Shown here: positions 19,976 through 29,811 of the stretch, piece after piece
Layout of the letters: each line of letters opens with the position of its first letter
Numbering within the stretch: the stretch's first letter is position 1
Source: Chloroflexota bacterium
Lineage (GTDB): Bacteria > Chloroflexota > UBA11872 > VXOZ01
DNA: 64,000 nt
Reading direction: 5' to 3'
Assembly: GCA_965219505.1 (NCBI GenBank)
Contig: OZ244775.1
Span: 2,750,815-2,814,814 of the forward strand
Notes under the pieces: generated by a model
Seen by the model: only the letters and a program-made list of their open reading frames with translations
The model's database searches: none
What the model was told of the DNA's origin: nothing
Translations under genes and position numbers: made by a program

Positions 19976-20752
19976 ATGACAGACGCGCTTGAGATAGCGG
20001 GGAAGCAATTCACGTCGCGGCTGATGATCGGCACGGGCAAGTACCGCACGCCTGAGGAAATGATTCACGCTATCGAGGCGTCGGGTGCCGAGATCATCAC
20101 GGTGGCGATACGGCGCCTCGACCTCAGCAATCCGGCGCAAAAGACCATCCTCGACCACATTGATTGGAACCATTACACTATCCTGCCGAATACGGCCGGC
20201 GCGCGCACCGCGGACGAGGCCGTCGTTACGGCCAAGCTGGCCCGTGAATTGACCGGGTCGGACTGGGTCAAGCTCGAGGTACAGCCGGATCCGGACTCGC
20301 TCCTGCCGGACCCTGTGGATACGCTCCATGCCGCCGAGGCGCTCGTCCATGACGGCTTTGTGGTACTGCCGTACATTCACGCCGATCCAATCTTGGCGCG
20401 GCGCTTGGAAGACGTGGGCTGCGCGACCGTGATGCCCCTCGGCTCGCCGATTGGTTCCGGCCAAGGCATCTTTACGCGGGAAGAAATCGAACTAATCGTC
20501 GAGCAGGCCAACGTACCCGTCGTTGTGGACGCCGGGATCGGTGTGCCGTCCGAAGCCTCCCAGTCACTGGAGATCGGGGCAGACGCCGTGCTCATCAACA
20601 CGGCAATTGCCCGCGCCGAAGACCCGGTACTCATGGCGGAAGGCTTCCGTCTCGGTGTAGAAGCCGGCCGCAAAGCTTACCTTGCCGGACGCATCGCGCA
20701 GCAGAAGTTCGCCAGCCCCAGCAGTCCGGTGGCAGGCGTGGTGCACGCCTAG
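19976..20752 (+). CDS. thiG: Thiazole synthase
   Basis: [23 protein letters not shown]... typical ThiG N-terminus. (beta/alpha)8 fold, conserved Lys region. Confidence 0.9.
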   Translation: MTDALEIAGKQFTSRLMIGTGKYRTPEEMIHAIEASGAEIITVAIRRLDLSNPAQKTILDHIDWNHYTILPNTAGARTADEAVVTAKLARELTGSDWVKLEVQPDPDSLLPDPVDTLHAAEALVHDGFVVLPYIHADPILARRLEDVGCATVMPLGSPIGSGQGIFTREEIELIVEQANVPVVVDAGIGVPSEASQSLEIGADAVLINTAIARAEDPVLMAEGFRLGVEAGRKAYLAGRIAQQKFASPSSPVAGVVHA

Positions 20753-20772
20753 CACGACTCGTCTCACGCCGC

Positions 20773-21489
20773 ATGAAACCCCAACTGCCATACCCCTGCC
20801 TAACGCTGATCACGCGTCTCAGCCCACCTAAGCGCGTTGCGCTGCAGGAAACGGGCCCCGCACTGCGACCCGGCTTCCCTATGCATACACGGAATCCGCT
20901 AGCGAGCACGCTCATACAGCGAGTCCGGGAAGGGATGGAGGGCGGCGTACACGTCGTACAGTTGCGGGAGAAAGAGTCATCCGCCAAGGACCTTTACACC
21001 CTCGCACAGCAATTGCGGCACTTGACCGCAGATCGCGCGCTCTTTCTCGTCAACGACCGCATCGACGTTGCTCTCGCCGTCGGCGCGGATGGCGTACACT
21101 TGCCTGAGGACGGCCTGCCGGTCGCTGCAGCGCGCCGGTTGCTGGGTGAGGACAAACTCGTCGGCTGTTCAGTGCATAACGTCGCCAGCGCCCTGCAATG
21201 TGCGCAGGCCGGCGCGGACTTTGTGCACGTCGGCACACTGTATGCGACGGACTCCAAGCCGGGGCGCGCACCGGCCGGGCCTCAGTTGGTGCGTGACGTG
21301 GCGGCGGCAGTCGACATTCCCGTTATCGGGGTGGGAGGCATCTCGGCGCAGAACGCGTCAACAGTCATGACAGCCGGCGCTCACGGCGTGGCCGTAATCA
21401 GCGCCCTGCTCGACGCTCCCGATACGTCCGAGGCAGCACATCATCTGATCAGAGCCCTTAACGGTCAGACACAGGTGCAACCGCAATGA
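20773..21489 (+). CDS. thiE: Thiamine-phosphate synthase
   Basis: LTLITR (LYLIT-like) motif, HVVQLREKE, VNDRIDVALAVGADGVHL, GVGGI motifs of ThiE. Stop overlaps the next start (ATGA). Confidence 0.85.
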   Translation: MKPQLPYPCLTLITRLSPPKRVALQETGPALRPGFPMHTRNPLASTLIQRVREGMEGGVHVVQLREKESSAKDLYTLAQQLRHLTADRALFLVNDRIDVALAVGADGVHLPEDGLPVAAARRLLGEDKLVGCSVHNVASALQCAQAGADFVHVGTLYATDSKPGRAPAGPQLVRDVAAAVDIPVIGVGGISAQNASTVMTAGAHGVAVISALLDAPDTSEAAHHLIRALNGQTQVQPQ

Positions 21490-21860
21490 CGGCGGATGAG
21501 CGAATCCCCCACACTGAAGAGGAACAACCGCAGACGGCGCGCATCCGTATCAGGGTGAATGGGGAAGACCGGCGGCTGCCTGCACGTACGGCACTTGCTA
21601 CCTTTCTCAAAGCGCAAGACGTGCCGGCGCAGTTCGTCGCCGTGGCCGTGAACAACGAAGTAGTCCGCCGCGCCGACCACGCGCGCGTCATGCTCCAAGA
21701 TGGCGACGTCGTGGAGATCGTCCGCATGGTCGGCGGAGGCTGCGGTCGGCAGGACAATGTTCTTTCTGCCCCGGCTGCCGCGCATAGCAGTCCCGGCCCG
21801 CGTGCTCAGAGTGAAGACCAGCGTATTGACCGGCAGAAAGCGATCGCACGTTGTCTCTGA
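21486..21860 (+). CDS. thiS: Sulfur-carrier protein ThiS with a ~40-residue extension after the Gly-Gly-Gly terminus
   Basis: Translationally coupled (ATGA) to thiE. Residues ~22-88 (IRIRVNGEDRRL...QDGDVVEIVRMVGGG) form a canonical ThiS/MoaD beta-grasp ending in GGG. The reading frame then continues 41 codons (CGRQDNVL...) and overlaps the thiO start. Confidence 0.6.
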   Translation: MTADERIPHTEEEQPQTARIRIRVNGEDRRLPARTALATFLKAQDVPAQFVAVAVNNEVVRRADHARVMLQDGDVVEIVRMVGGGCGRQDNVLSAPAAAHSSPGPRAQSEDQRIDRQKAIARCL

Positions 21861-22966
21861 CCACAGAGGTTGCCATCGTCGGCGGCGGCATCATCGGCTG
21901 TGCGCTCGCCTACACGCTGGCAAAGGCCGGTGTGAGGGTAGCCGTGTTCGAGAAAGAGCGGGTGGGCGGCCAGGCCCGCATCGCCGCGGCCGGTATTCTG
22001 GGCTCCGGTGTGGAGGGAGACCGCGAAGACCACGTCTTCAATCTGGCCGCGCAATCAGCCCGACTCTATCCGGACTTCACGGCCGAACTCGAAGCCGCCA
22101 CCGGCCTGGATGCTACCTACACGCGTTCCGGCGCGCTCTCGGTCGTGTTTGGCGAGAAGCAAGCGGACTTTCTCTCTGGGCAGGCTAAGGCACTTGCCGA
22201 GCGGGGTCAGCGCGTCGCCTGGCTTGATGCCGAAGCGCTACGCCGCGCAGAGCCGCAGCTCAGCACAGCCGCGCGCGGCGCCGTACTCTTTCAAGACGAT
22301 GCCCACGTGTACGCGCCCCAACTCATGCATGTTCTGACACTGGCGGCCGTGGCCCAGGGTGTGACAATACACGAGTACACCCCCGTGCACGGCTTCCTCA
22401 CCGCTGGTGACCGGGTCACCGGCGTGCAATCTGCCGCAGGCCCGGTGTCCGCCGAACACGTCGTTATCGCCGCCGGGGCGTGGAGCCGCTTGCTCGGCGA
22501 TAATCTTAACATTGACCTCCCATTGAAACCGACACGGGGTCAGGTAATGGTGCTGGAAACCTATGACCGCCCGTTGCAGCGCGTCGTCTTTGGCGCAGGC
22601 GGGTACCTGGCGCCAAAGCAGGACGGGCGTATCGTCGTTGGCGCTACGGAAGAGGACGCGGGGTTCGAGCGCGAGAATACCCCCGGAGGCGTGGCCTATC
22701 TCGTCAAGGTGCTGCAAAAGCTCGCGCCTAATCTGGCCGACGCGCGGGTGCATCATTTCGGCGTTGGACTCCGGCCCACGCCGGCCGACGGACTGCCGCT
22801 GCTCGGTCCGGTCGCGCACAGGCCGGGCCTCTGGGTCGCCGCCGGTCACCACCGCAACGGCATCCTGCTCGCCCCCATCACCGCTCAACTCATGTGCAAT
22901 GCGCTTTGCAGCGGCGACCTCGCGCCGCTGCAGCCCTTCTCTCCCGATCGCTTTGCCGCGCAGTGA
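21851..22966 (+). CDS. thiO: Glycine oxidase (FAD-dependent)
   Basis: TTG start. VAIVGGGIIGCALAY dinucleotide-binding motif, DAO family, located in the thiamine operon. Confidence 0.8.
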   Translation: MSLTTEVAIVGGGIIGCALAYTLAKAGVRVAVFEKERVGGQARIAAAGILGSGVEGDREDHVFNLAAQSARLYPDFTAELEAATGLDATYTRSGALSVVFGEKQADFLSGQAKALAERGQRVAWLDAEALRRAEPQLSTAARGAVLFQDDAHVYAPQLMHVLTLAAVAQGVTIHEYTPVHGFLTAGDRVTGVQSAAGPVSAEHVVIAAGAWSRLLGDNLNIDLPLKPTRGQVMVLETYDRPLQRVVFGAGGYLAPKQDGRIVVGATEEDAGFERENTPGGVAYLVKVLQKLAPNLADARVHHFGVGLRPTPADGLPLLGPVAHRPGLWVAAGHHRNGILLAPITAQLMCNALCSGDLAPLQPFSPDRFAAQ

Positions 22967-23405
22967 GCCGCAGCGCGCTTCGGATTCCAGAAGGGAGTAC
23001 ACTAAGGAGGTGACAGTATGCTGTCAATTCAATAACCATGGTGGGGTTCGAAATCTCCCTCGTATCGAAAAGTCCGACATCTTGGGGCTGGGATATTTCT
23101 TCCTCCACAGCGGCCAGATCCATCTCAATAGTCTATAAGCGACTTGAGCACAATCGCTGTAACATCGCCCTAGAAACACAGGCCTATCGTATTGCAGCAC
23201 CACTCTTGGCCGTGCGATTCCTGGTAGATATATATGGTGCCATCAAATAACATCATGTTTAGCTCGTGTTCAAGAAGTAAAAGTGCCACCATGGCAATCG
23301 TCGAGGCCTATGGCATGCATGTTTGGCGTGAATGCGAGCTACATGCCGATAAAAGATGGGTCTTGCATTGACACTATTGCCGCAGAATTGTGTAGGACGA
23401 GTCTG

Positions 23406-26021
23406 ATGGGGTCTTGCCTAAAGAGAATTGTAGCTGGCCTGATTGCACTAGGGAGTGCGCTTTTCTTGATGGGATCTTCTCCGGGCTGTGGAGGCCCTCC
23501 ACAATTCCCCGATCCCCCAGGTAGACCAGAGATTGTTTGGTCCCATGATGGACAACACATCGTCTTCTCGCCAACATATCTCGGTATCTTTGTAGTCGAT
23601 ATTGCAGGTACGCGCTTTTGGTCAATACCAGAAAACACCGAACTTGGATCCGGGAGCTATCCCGGCAACTTTTCTCCAGCGCTCTCTCCCAATGGATCGA
23701 AGCTGGCGTATGTAACGTTTTGGGAATACGGCAACGCAGAGATAATGACCGCGAATTTCGATGGCACCGATGTGCGGCGGCTGACCAATGACGAGGCGCT
23801 CGACACGAACCCCTCCTGGTCTCCTGATGGAAGACAGATTGCTTTCACAACGGGCCACTATCGCGCGGCGAATCTTGCAGTAATGGACGCCGACGGGTCG
23901 AACGTCCGGCTGCTCGCCCCTTCGATCAAACTTGAAGGACATCCCGATGGACAACCGCCAGTGTGGTCACCCGACGGGAATTGGATTGCGTTTGTGGGCC
24001 AGGAGGGGAGTTACGAGGAAGGCTATCGTCAAGTACTCTACACCGTGCGCCCGGATGGGTCTGACCTCACTGAACTGGGAGAACTCGCCCTTTGGTGGTG
24101 GAGTAAACACGAGACTAACAGAAAAATTCTTCGAGGGTCTCCAACTTCCTTACCTTTCAATAAGGCTACCGTGTGGTGGTGGTCGCCGGACGGCAAGTGG
24201 ATAACATTCGTTGGCGCTGATGAGTTGGGCGAGCAAGACAAAGTACGTCGCGACCTGCTTTACACAGTCCATCCAAATGGGTCAGGCTTCAACAGATTGG
24301 CTGAGATTCATAGTCTGCCTGTGTGGTCGCCTGACAGCAGTCGCCTTGCCTTTATTGCAGCCGAAGTGGATGCAGATGGGGAGGAGCAATACGCGCTCTA
24401 TACAGTTGAGGCTAACGGATTGGGACTAACAAGACTGGCCACAATGGGCTACACGCCGCAGTGGTACGACAATGCTACTGGTCCCTTATGGGAATCCTAT
24501 CCAAAACCAGCTTGGTCACCCGACGGAACTTGGCTGGCATTCGCGAAGGACACAGGACCCGAAAGCGGCATCTATATGGCCCGGGCCGACGGCACTGAAA
24601 TTCGAACCGTCATCGTTGGACATGGCAGTCCGGTCTCTTGGTCTGCAGACGGTAGCGAATTGTTTATTGGCGGCATGCAGCACGCGGTCCGAACAGATGG
24701 CACGGCTCTACGCAAGTTAATTCCCGGTGGGGTGAGTAACCTAACGTCTTGGTCGCCCAGCGGATCCTACCTTGCCGTTCTCCAAGACCCACAGTTAGGC
24801 GGTTATGGGAGTGAGGCAAAGGTTCAGGGATTCCTATACGTGGCAGAACCAGACGAACCTGAAATGGGAAAGCGTGCATTAGTATGGGGAATCCTTGATC
24901 GTCTGGTGACAGAGGCAGAGCACTCTGAGTGGCGAAATGTCGCAGAGAATATCGCAGCGTGTGGCGACGGCTACGTGGTGCCGCAGCCAGAGCGGAACCC
25001 TGGATTAGTACGGGACTGTCAGTCATTGCTACTAAGCCGCGACAGGCTGGCTGGTGAACTCTACCTAAATTGGGGCTCCGCCACCCGAATCACAAACTGG
25101 GCCGCCATAGATATTGGAGGCGATCCGCCCCGGGTAGTGCGCTTGGATATTAGGACAGATGGCGGCATTATTCCTCCTGAAATAGGAGATGTTTCCGGTT
25201 TGGAGGAGATACGATTCTGGGGTTTTCAGGGAACTATCCCGCGAGAACTCGGCAAACTCTCGAATCTTCGGGTACTGGACTTCTACTTCAATTCCCTAGT
25301 CGGTAGCATTCCACCTGAGTTAGGGAATCTCACAAGCTTAGAGAAACTGACATTCGAATGGACTGGTCTGTATGGATATATCCCACCGGAATTAGGTAAT
25401 CTAACTCGATTAGAAGTGTTGCTCATTGAGCATACCGGCATAAATAGCAGCATTCCATCTGAGTTAGGGAATCTCACAAACCTTCAGGAACTGGATCTAA
25501 GGACTGAGGGTCTCTTTGGTAAACTCCCGCCAGAATTGGGACGCCTCGCCAATCTGAAAAAGCTGACCGTGGCTGGCACTAGGGTGAGTGGCAGAATTCC
25601 TTCAGAACTGGGAAACCTCACGAACCTTGTTTCATTGTCACTCGACAGGAATAACCTCAGTGGCCACATACCGCCAGAATTGGGAAACCTTACAAGACTC
25701 ACTGCGCTGACCGCGAGCAATAATGACCTGAGCGGCCACATCCCAAGCGAAATTGGAAACTTATCGGCCCTAAGGGATTTGTCTCTTAGGGAAAACAGTC
25801 TCTCGGGAACTATTCCTCCAGAGTTGGGTGACCTCAGGAATTTGAGAATCTTGTATCTAGACTCAAATGATCTCAGCGGCACATTTCCTCCTGAACTTGG
25901 AAGGCTCGCAAGTTTGGAATGGCTGCGAGTGGGAGGAAACGACTTAGGTGGATGTGTGCCGGAATCGTTGTCCAGCCGCCTGAATAGGATTGACGAGATT
26001 GGGTTAGCAATCTGCAAGTAG
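23406..26021 (+). CDS. Large secreted/lipoprotein with N-terminal TolB-like beta-propeller repeats (SPDG/WSPDG blades) and C-terminal plant-type leucine-rich repeats (about 11 LRRs of consensus LxxLxxLxLxxNxLSGxIPxELGNLTxL)
   Basis: Signal peptide MGSCLKRIVAGLIALGSALFLMGSSPGCGG. At least eight W/SWSPDG-type repeats as in TolB/DPP-IV propellers. A 24-residue LRR array from ~aa 640 to the C-terminus. The region is clearly lower in GC than its flanks. Confidence 0.75.
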   Translation: MGSCLKRIVAGLIALGSALFLMGSSPGCGGPPQFPDPPGRPEIVWSHDGQHIVFSPTYLGIFVVDIAGTRFWSIPENTELGSGSYPGNFSPALSPNGSKLAYVTFWEYGNAEIMTANFDGTDVRRLTNDEALDTNPSWSPDGRQIAFTTGHYRAANLAVMDADGSNVRLLAPSIKLEGHPDGQPPVWSPDGNWIAFVGQEGSYEEGYRQVLYTVRPDGSDLTELGELALWWWSKHETNRKILRGSPTSLPFNKATVWWWSPDGKWITFVGADELGEQDKVRRDLLYTVHPNGSGFNRLAEIHSLPVWSPDSSRLAFIAAEVDADGEEQYALYTVEANGLGLTRLATMGYTPQWYDNATGPLWESYPKPAWSPDGTWLAFAKDTGPESGIYMARADGTEIRTVIVGHGSPVSWSADGSELFIGGMQHAVRTDGTALRKLIPGGVSNLTSWSPSGSYLAVLQDPQLGGYGSEAKVQGFLYVAEPDEPEMGKRALVWGILDRLVTEAEHSEWRNVAENIAACGDGYVVPQPERNPGLVRDCQSLLLSRDRLAGELYLNWGSATRITNWAAIDIGGDPPRVVRLDIRTDGGIIPPEIGDVSGLEEIRFWGFQGTIPRELGKLSNLRVLDFYFNSLVGSIPPELGNLTSLEKLTFEWTGLYGYIPPELGNLTRLEVLLIEHTGINSSIPSELGNLTNLQELDLRTEGLFGKLPPELGRLANLKKLTVAGTRVSGRIPSELGNLTNLVSLSLDRNNLSGHIPPELGNLTRLTALTASNNDLSGHIPSEIGNLSALRDLSLRENSLSGTIPPELGDLRNLRILYLDSNDLSGTFPPELGRLASLEWLRVGGNDLGGCVPESLSSRLNRIDEIGLAICK

Positions 26022-26268
26022 GGCTATTCGTCTATCGCTACATTGACTTGGCGGCGGCTTGAGCAATGCCCGCGCAGAGACTAGCTCGTGCCACTACAGT
26101 TCGGGGTCCATGACCACAAGGCAAGTCACAGACAAAGTGTGACAAATCGACTACCCGTGCAGTTGGGTACGGACATTACGTGTTACCGGATGTAGCAAGC
26201 AAGTTGGCAATGCACGAATTAGCGCTCGTGAAACCACGTCCATGATGGACCTAAACATCAATTAACCG

Positions 26269-27249
26269 ATGCTTTCGAACGACGCACTGGCGCTTGCGCC
26301 GCGGACCGAGTCTGGCGGTCCCAGACTCACCTTTGACTTTCCCGGCCTAGCCATCGGCGTCGCCGAGTACGAGGCGGGCCCAACAGGCTGCACGGTATTC
26401 CAATTCGGCCATAGCGCCGTCGCCGCCGTAGACATTCGCGGCGGGGCGCACGCGACACTCTATACCGAAGCGCTCCAAAACGGTGAAGGCAAGCTGGACG
26501 CAATCTGCCTGGCCGGCGGCTCATTCTACGGCCTGGAAGCCGCGACGGGCGTGGCGGCGGAACTGCTCGCCCAGCGCGGTTATTCCCCTCATTGGGGCAA
26601 CATCGCCTTGGTTTCCGGCGCCATCATCTACGACTACGGCCCGCGCGACAATGCCGTCTATCCGGATAAAGCCCTGGGTCGCGCGGCGCTTAAGGCGGCG
26701 CGACCGGGGACATTTCCGCTGGGCCCACGGGGAGCGGGTCGCTCGGCCACAGTGGGAAAGTGGCTGCAAAAACCCTATCGAAGCGAGCCCGCCGGTCAGG
26801 GCGGCGCGTTCCGTGAAGTCGATGGCGTGAAGGTGGCGGTCTTCACGGTAGTGAACGCCGTTGGCGCCATCCTCGACCGCCAGGGACGGGTCGTGCGCGG
26901 CTCGCTGGACCCGCGTACCGGCGAACGCCCCCGCGTAGCTGACGCGGGACTACCCTCGCCTCCGCACGGCAACACCACTCTCACAGTAGTGGTCACCAAT
27001 CAAATCCTCGGAGGGTGGTCGTTGCGGCAGCTTGCCCGCCACGTCCATACGTCGATGGCACGGGCTATCGAGCCGCTGCATACCATTTCTGATGGCGACG
27101 TGTTATTCGCCGTGACCACCAACGAGATAGCGCAAGGCCAAGGTCTCAACGAGTATGTGCTTGGTGTGCTCGCCTCCGAGACCGCCTGGGACGCGGTGCT
27201 CGCGTCGTTCAGCGGCGATGGCTTGGAGAATCCTGGTGAGAATCTCTAG
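26269..27249 (+). CDS. P1/S58-family peptidase (DmpA-like L-aminopeptidase / Ntn-hydrolase fold)
   Basis: GPTGCTVFQF...AVDIRGGAHATLYTE...LDAICLAGGSFYGLEAATGV blocks match the DmpA/S58 family (TGxT, GGAPGTRE-like, GGSAFGL motifs). Confidence 0.6.
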   Translation: MLSNDALALAPRTESGGPRLTFDFPGLAIGVAEYEAGPTGCTVFQFGHSAVAAVDIRGGAHATLYTEALQNGEGKLDAICLAGGSFYGLEAATGVAAELLAQRGYSPHWGNIALVSGAIIYDYGPRDNAVYPDKALGRAALKAARPGTFPLGPRGAGRSATVGKWLQKPYRSEPAGQGGAFREVDGVKVAVFTVVNAVGAILDRQGRVVRGSLDPRTGERPRVADAGLPSPPHGNTTLTVVVTNQILGGWSLRQLARHVHTSMARAIEPLHTISDGDVLFAVTTNEIAQGQGLNEYVLGVLASETAWDAVLASFSGDGLENPGENL

Positions 27250-27269
27250 TCTAATTGGCTAGAGCTAGC

Positions 27270-27480
27270 AATCGGTGTCATTCCGAGCGGAGCGAGGAAT
27301 CTAGAATGCCTACCAGTCGGAATTCATTGACAGCGCATCCCATGTACCCTTACTAAAGGTCACTGTCGATTCCCCGCTGAATGACGGAGATGGCCGCTGC
27401 TCCATGTCCGCGATGACAATGCTGCGAGTTGAGAGGATGGATTCCCGCTTGCGCGGGAATGACGGAAATAGGAGTTGCAG
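27270..27480. repeat. Cluster of short GTCATTCCG...CGGAATGAC-type palindromic repeats
   Basis: GTCATTCCGAGCGGAGCGAGGAATC, GAATGACGGAG, and ATTCCCGCTTGCGCGGGAATGAC hairpins. The same motif occurs at ~4770-4800, 12395-12420 and 18440-18470. Confidence 0.5.
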
Positions 27481-27583
27481 GCTCTAGCCTCGCAGTTTTG
27501 CTAATTCCCGGCGCTTCTCCGTAGGCGAGAACGAATTGGCGCATAGGTGAGATGTTTCACCGTAGTTTACATGCGAGGACCTA

Positions 27584-28303
27584 TTGAGTACCGCATCCCC
27601 ACCGACCATCGGCACGTATCAGGAAAAGTCGCTGCACGCGGCGCTCAAGGACTGGTACGCTGCGCCCGGCGACCGCGAGGAACAGCCCGTAGACGGCTAC
27701 GTGGTAGACTTGGTTCGCAGCGACGATCTCATTGAAATCCAGACGCGGAACTTTGCCGCCATCAAGCGCAAGCTTGCTACGCTGCTGCGGCATCACGCGG
27801 TGCGATTGGTGCATCCGGTTCCGGCGCAGAAGTGGATCGTGCGGCTGGGCCGCGACGGGTCCACCGTGCTCAGCCGCCGCCGTTCGCCCAAGCGCGGTAC
27901 GTTGCTCGACGTCTTTGATGAGCTCGTGAGCATCCCAACCCTCGTCGCTCATCCGCAGTTCTTGCTGGATGTGCTACTCGTCGAGGTCGAGGAAACCCGC
28001 TGCCACGACGGCCGCGGCAGTTGGCGACGGCGCGGCTGGAGCATCCACGACCAAGTCCTCGTTGGCGTGACGTCCCAGCACCGCTTCCACGGCCCGGCAG
28101 ACTTTGCCGCGCTCCTGCCCGCCACGCTGCCAGAGCCGTTTACCAGCAGCGAGATCGCCGCCAGACTTGGCGGGCGCCACGGCCAGGGACAGAAGATCGC
28201 CTACTGCCTGCGCCACATGGGGGCGATCCACGTCGTCGGCAAGCAGGGCAACGCCTACCAATACCAGCGCTCGGTATTACCGACACCTTCTCAGGACGAC
28301 TGA
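27584..28303 (+). CDS. Hypothetical protein with a predicted PD-(D/E)xK nuclease-like N-terminal fold and a C-terminal winged-helix-like region
   Basis: TTG start. The segment PVDGYVVDLVRSDDLIEIQTRNF...KRKL resembles a D...E-x-Q/K restriction-endonuclease-fold core. This is a weak, motif-level call. Confidence 0.35.
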   Translation: MSTASPPTIGTYQEKSLHAALKDWYAAPGDREEQPVDGYVVDLVRSDDLIEIQTRNFAAIKRKLATLLRHHAVRLVHPVPAQKWIVRLGRDGSTVLSRRRSPKRGTLLDVFDELVSIPTLVAHPQFLLDVLLVEVEETRCHDGRGSWRRRGWSIHDQVLVGVTSQHRFHGPADFAALLPATLPEPFTSSEIAARLGGRHGQGQKIAYCLRHMGAIHVVGKQGNAYQYQRSVLPTPSQDD

Positions 28304-28466
28304 TCGCTGTTCTAGCAGAGACGTGTACGCAAAGCTACCGTCCAAACTTCCAGCTTTGGCTCAAGCGCCACTCATGGTACGCACTGTGGCAAGGCAAGTA
28401 AAGAAGGAGGGCAGGATGAAGATCCTGCCCTCCTTTCCCATCTGACTGTTCTGAAAAGCCCTTTGC

Positions 28467-29534
28467 CTACTCCAGCGGAAATGTCACCGGCGCGGGTGAG
28501 ATCTTGCCGGCTTTCTGAATGCCGACGGCGATCTCCAGGGCGTGGCGCGCCTCGTCGCCGGTGATAGCCGGCGGACGATTCTCGTGGATTGCCTGCACCA
28601 TGTCTTCCACCTGGACCTGGTGGCCGTTCCAGCCTTTGACCGTGGGATCGGCGGCAGCGGTCATGCGCGCGGAGTAGCCGGACTTCATCTCCTGCTCCTC
28701 CTCTTCTTCCCGGTCGCCCTGGATGCGCCAGGTTACGACACCGGCGTTCGTCAGGCAGATGCTGCCTTTTTCGCCGAAGAAGTGGAAGTTATGATCGAGC
28801 CCCGGATAGGCCGACGTAGTGAAGACCATGTTGCCGAACGACCCATTGGCAAAGCGGGCATTCACCACGGCCAGGTCTTCCGTCTCGATATCGTGGGTGA
28901 ACGTACCAAGCTGAGCCGTCAGCGACTCCACCGGGCCCATGATCCATTGCAAGAGATCGATGCTGTGGATGCCCTGGTTCATGGATGCGCCGCCGCCGTC
29001 GAACTTGTAGGTGCCGCGCCAACTGACCGGACCGCCGCCGGAAAAATACTCCGCCGTACGCAGCCAGTAGAGTTGCACGTCAGCGTAGAATACGCGTCCC
29101 AAACGGCCGGCGTCAATGGTCTCTTTTACTTTGGCATAGAGCGGGTGCAGGCGCGATTGGAAGATCGCCGCTAACTTCACGCCATTCTCCTCGCACGCCG
29201 CCATCAACGCGTCAGCCTTTTCCAGGGTTACGTCCAGGGGCTTCTCGCAGATGACGTGCTTGCCCGCCTTTGCCGCTTGGATGCCCAATTCGGCGTGGGT
29301 GCCGGTGGGGGTGCATATGTTCACCACTTGCACGGTATCGTCGGCCAGCAGCTCTGCCACAGAGCCGTAGGCCGTGACGTTATGCTTCCCCGCAAGGCTC
29401 ACTGCGAACTGTGGCTCCATGTCGGCGATGCCGATCAATTCCGCTCCGGCGGCGTCCTTAATTGCCTGTGTGTGGGAGCCGGCAATGCCCCCGGCGCCAA
29501 TCACGCCAAACCCTATCGCTTGCTGTGTCGCCAT
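28467..29534 (-). CDS. Gfo/Idh/MocA-family oxidoreductase
   Basis: Start MATQQAIGFGVIGAGGIAGSH with GAAGGAGAG RBS. ICEKPLDVTLEKAD motif. The 27 upstream codons in the ORF track lack an RBS. Confidence 0.85.
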   Translation of the reverse strand: MATQQAIGFGVIGAGGIAGSHTQAIKDAAGAELIGIADMEPQFAVSLAGKHNVTAYGSVAELLADDTVQVVNICTPTGTHAELGIQAAKAGKHVICEKPLDVTLEKADALMAACEENGVKLAAIFQSRLHPLYAKVKETIDAGRLGRVFYADVQLYWLRTAEYFSGGGPVSWRGTYKFDGGGASMNQGIHSIDLLQWIMGPVESLTAQLGTFTHDIETEDLAVVNARFANGSFGNMVFTTSAYPGLDHNFHFFGEKGSICLTNAGVVTWRIQGDREEEEEQEMKSGYSARMTAAADPTVKGWNGHQVQVEDMVQAIHENRPPAITGDEARHALEIAVGIQKAGKISPAPVTFPLE

Positions 29535-29811
29535 CCTGTACTCTCCTTCTTCTGCTCTCTCACTACCGAATTGTGCGCTGCGCCCGTGCGAAGCAAACGG
29601 CTTACAGTTACACAAGAGAATCTAACGCAATCGTGCGCTTGATGTATCCGTTCGTGCTGAGTTAGTCGTAGTACGAACGGATATCTGCCATACACGCGGT
29701 AATCACAACTCTGTTCGTCCTCAACGTCGGCTCTGTCAATATACTAGTAAACGATTATGCGTGCAATCCAAGAGTTGGAGGTTCGCAGAGCAAATCCAAG
29801 TGCGATCGGCT

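Noticed and set aside
22238-23002. 254-aa ORF antisense to thiO
   Set aside because: Within the thiamine operon on the opposite strand. No motif support.
25484-26017. 177-aa ORF with RFPNSGG repeats
   Set aside because: It is the reverse-complement reading of the LRR array. The periodicity derives from the sense-strand LRRs.
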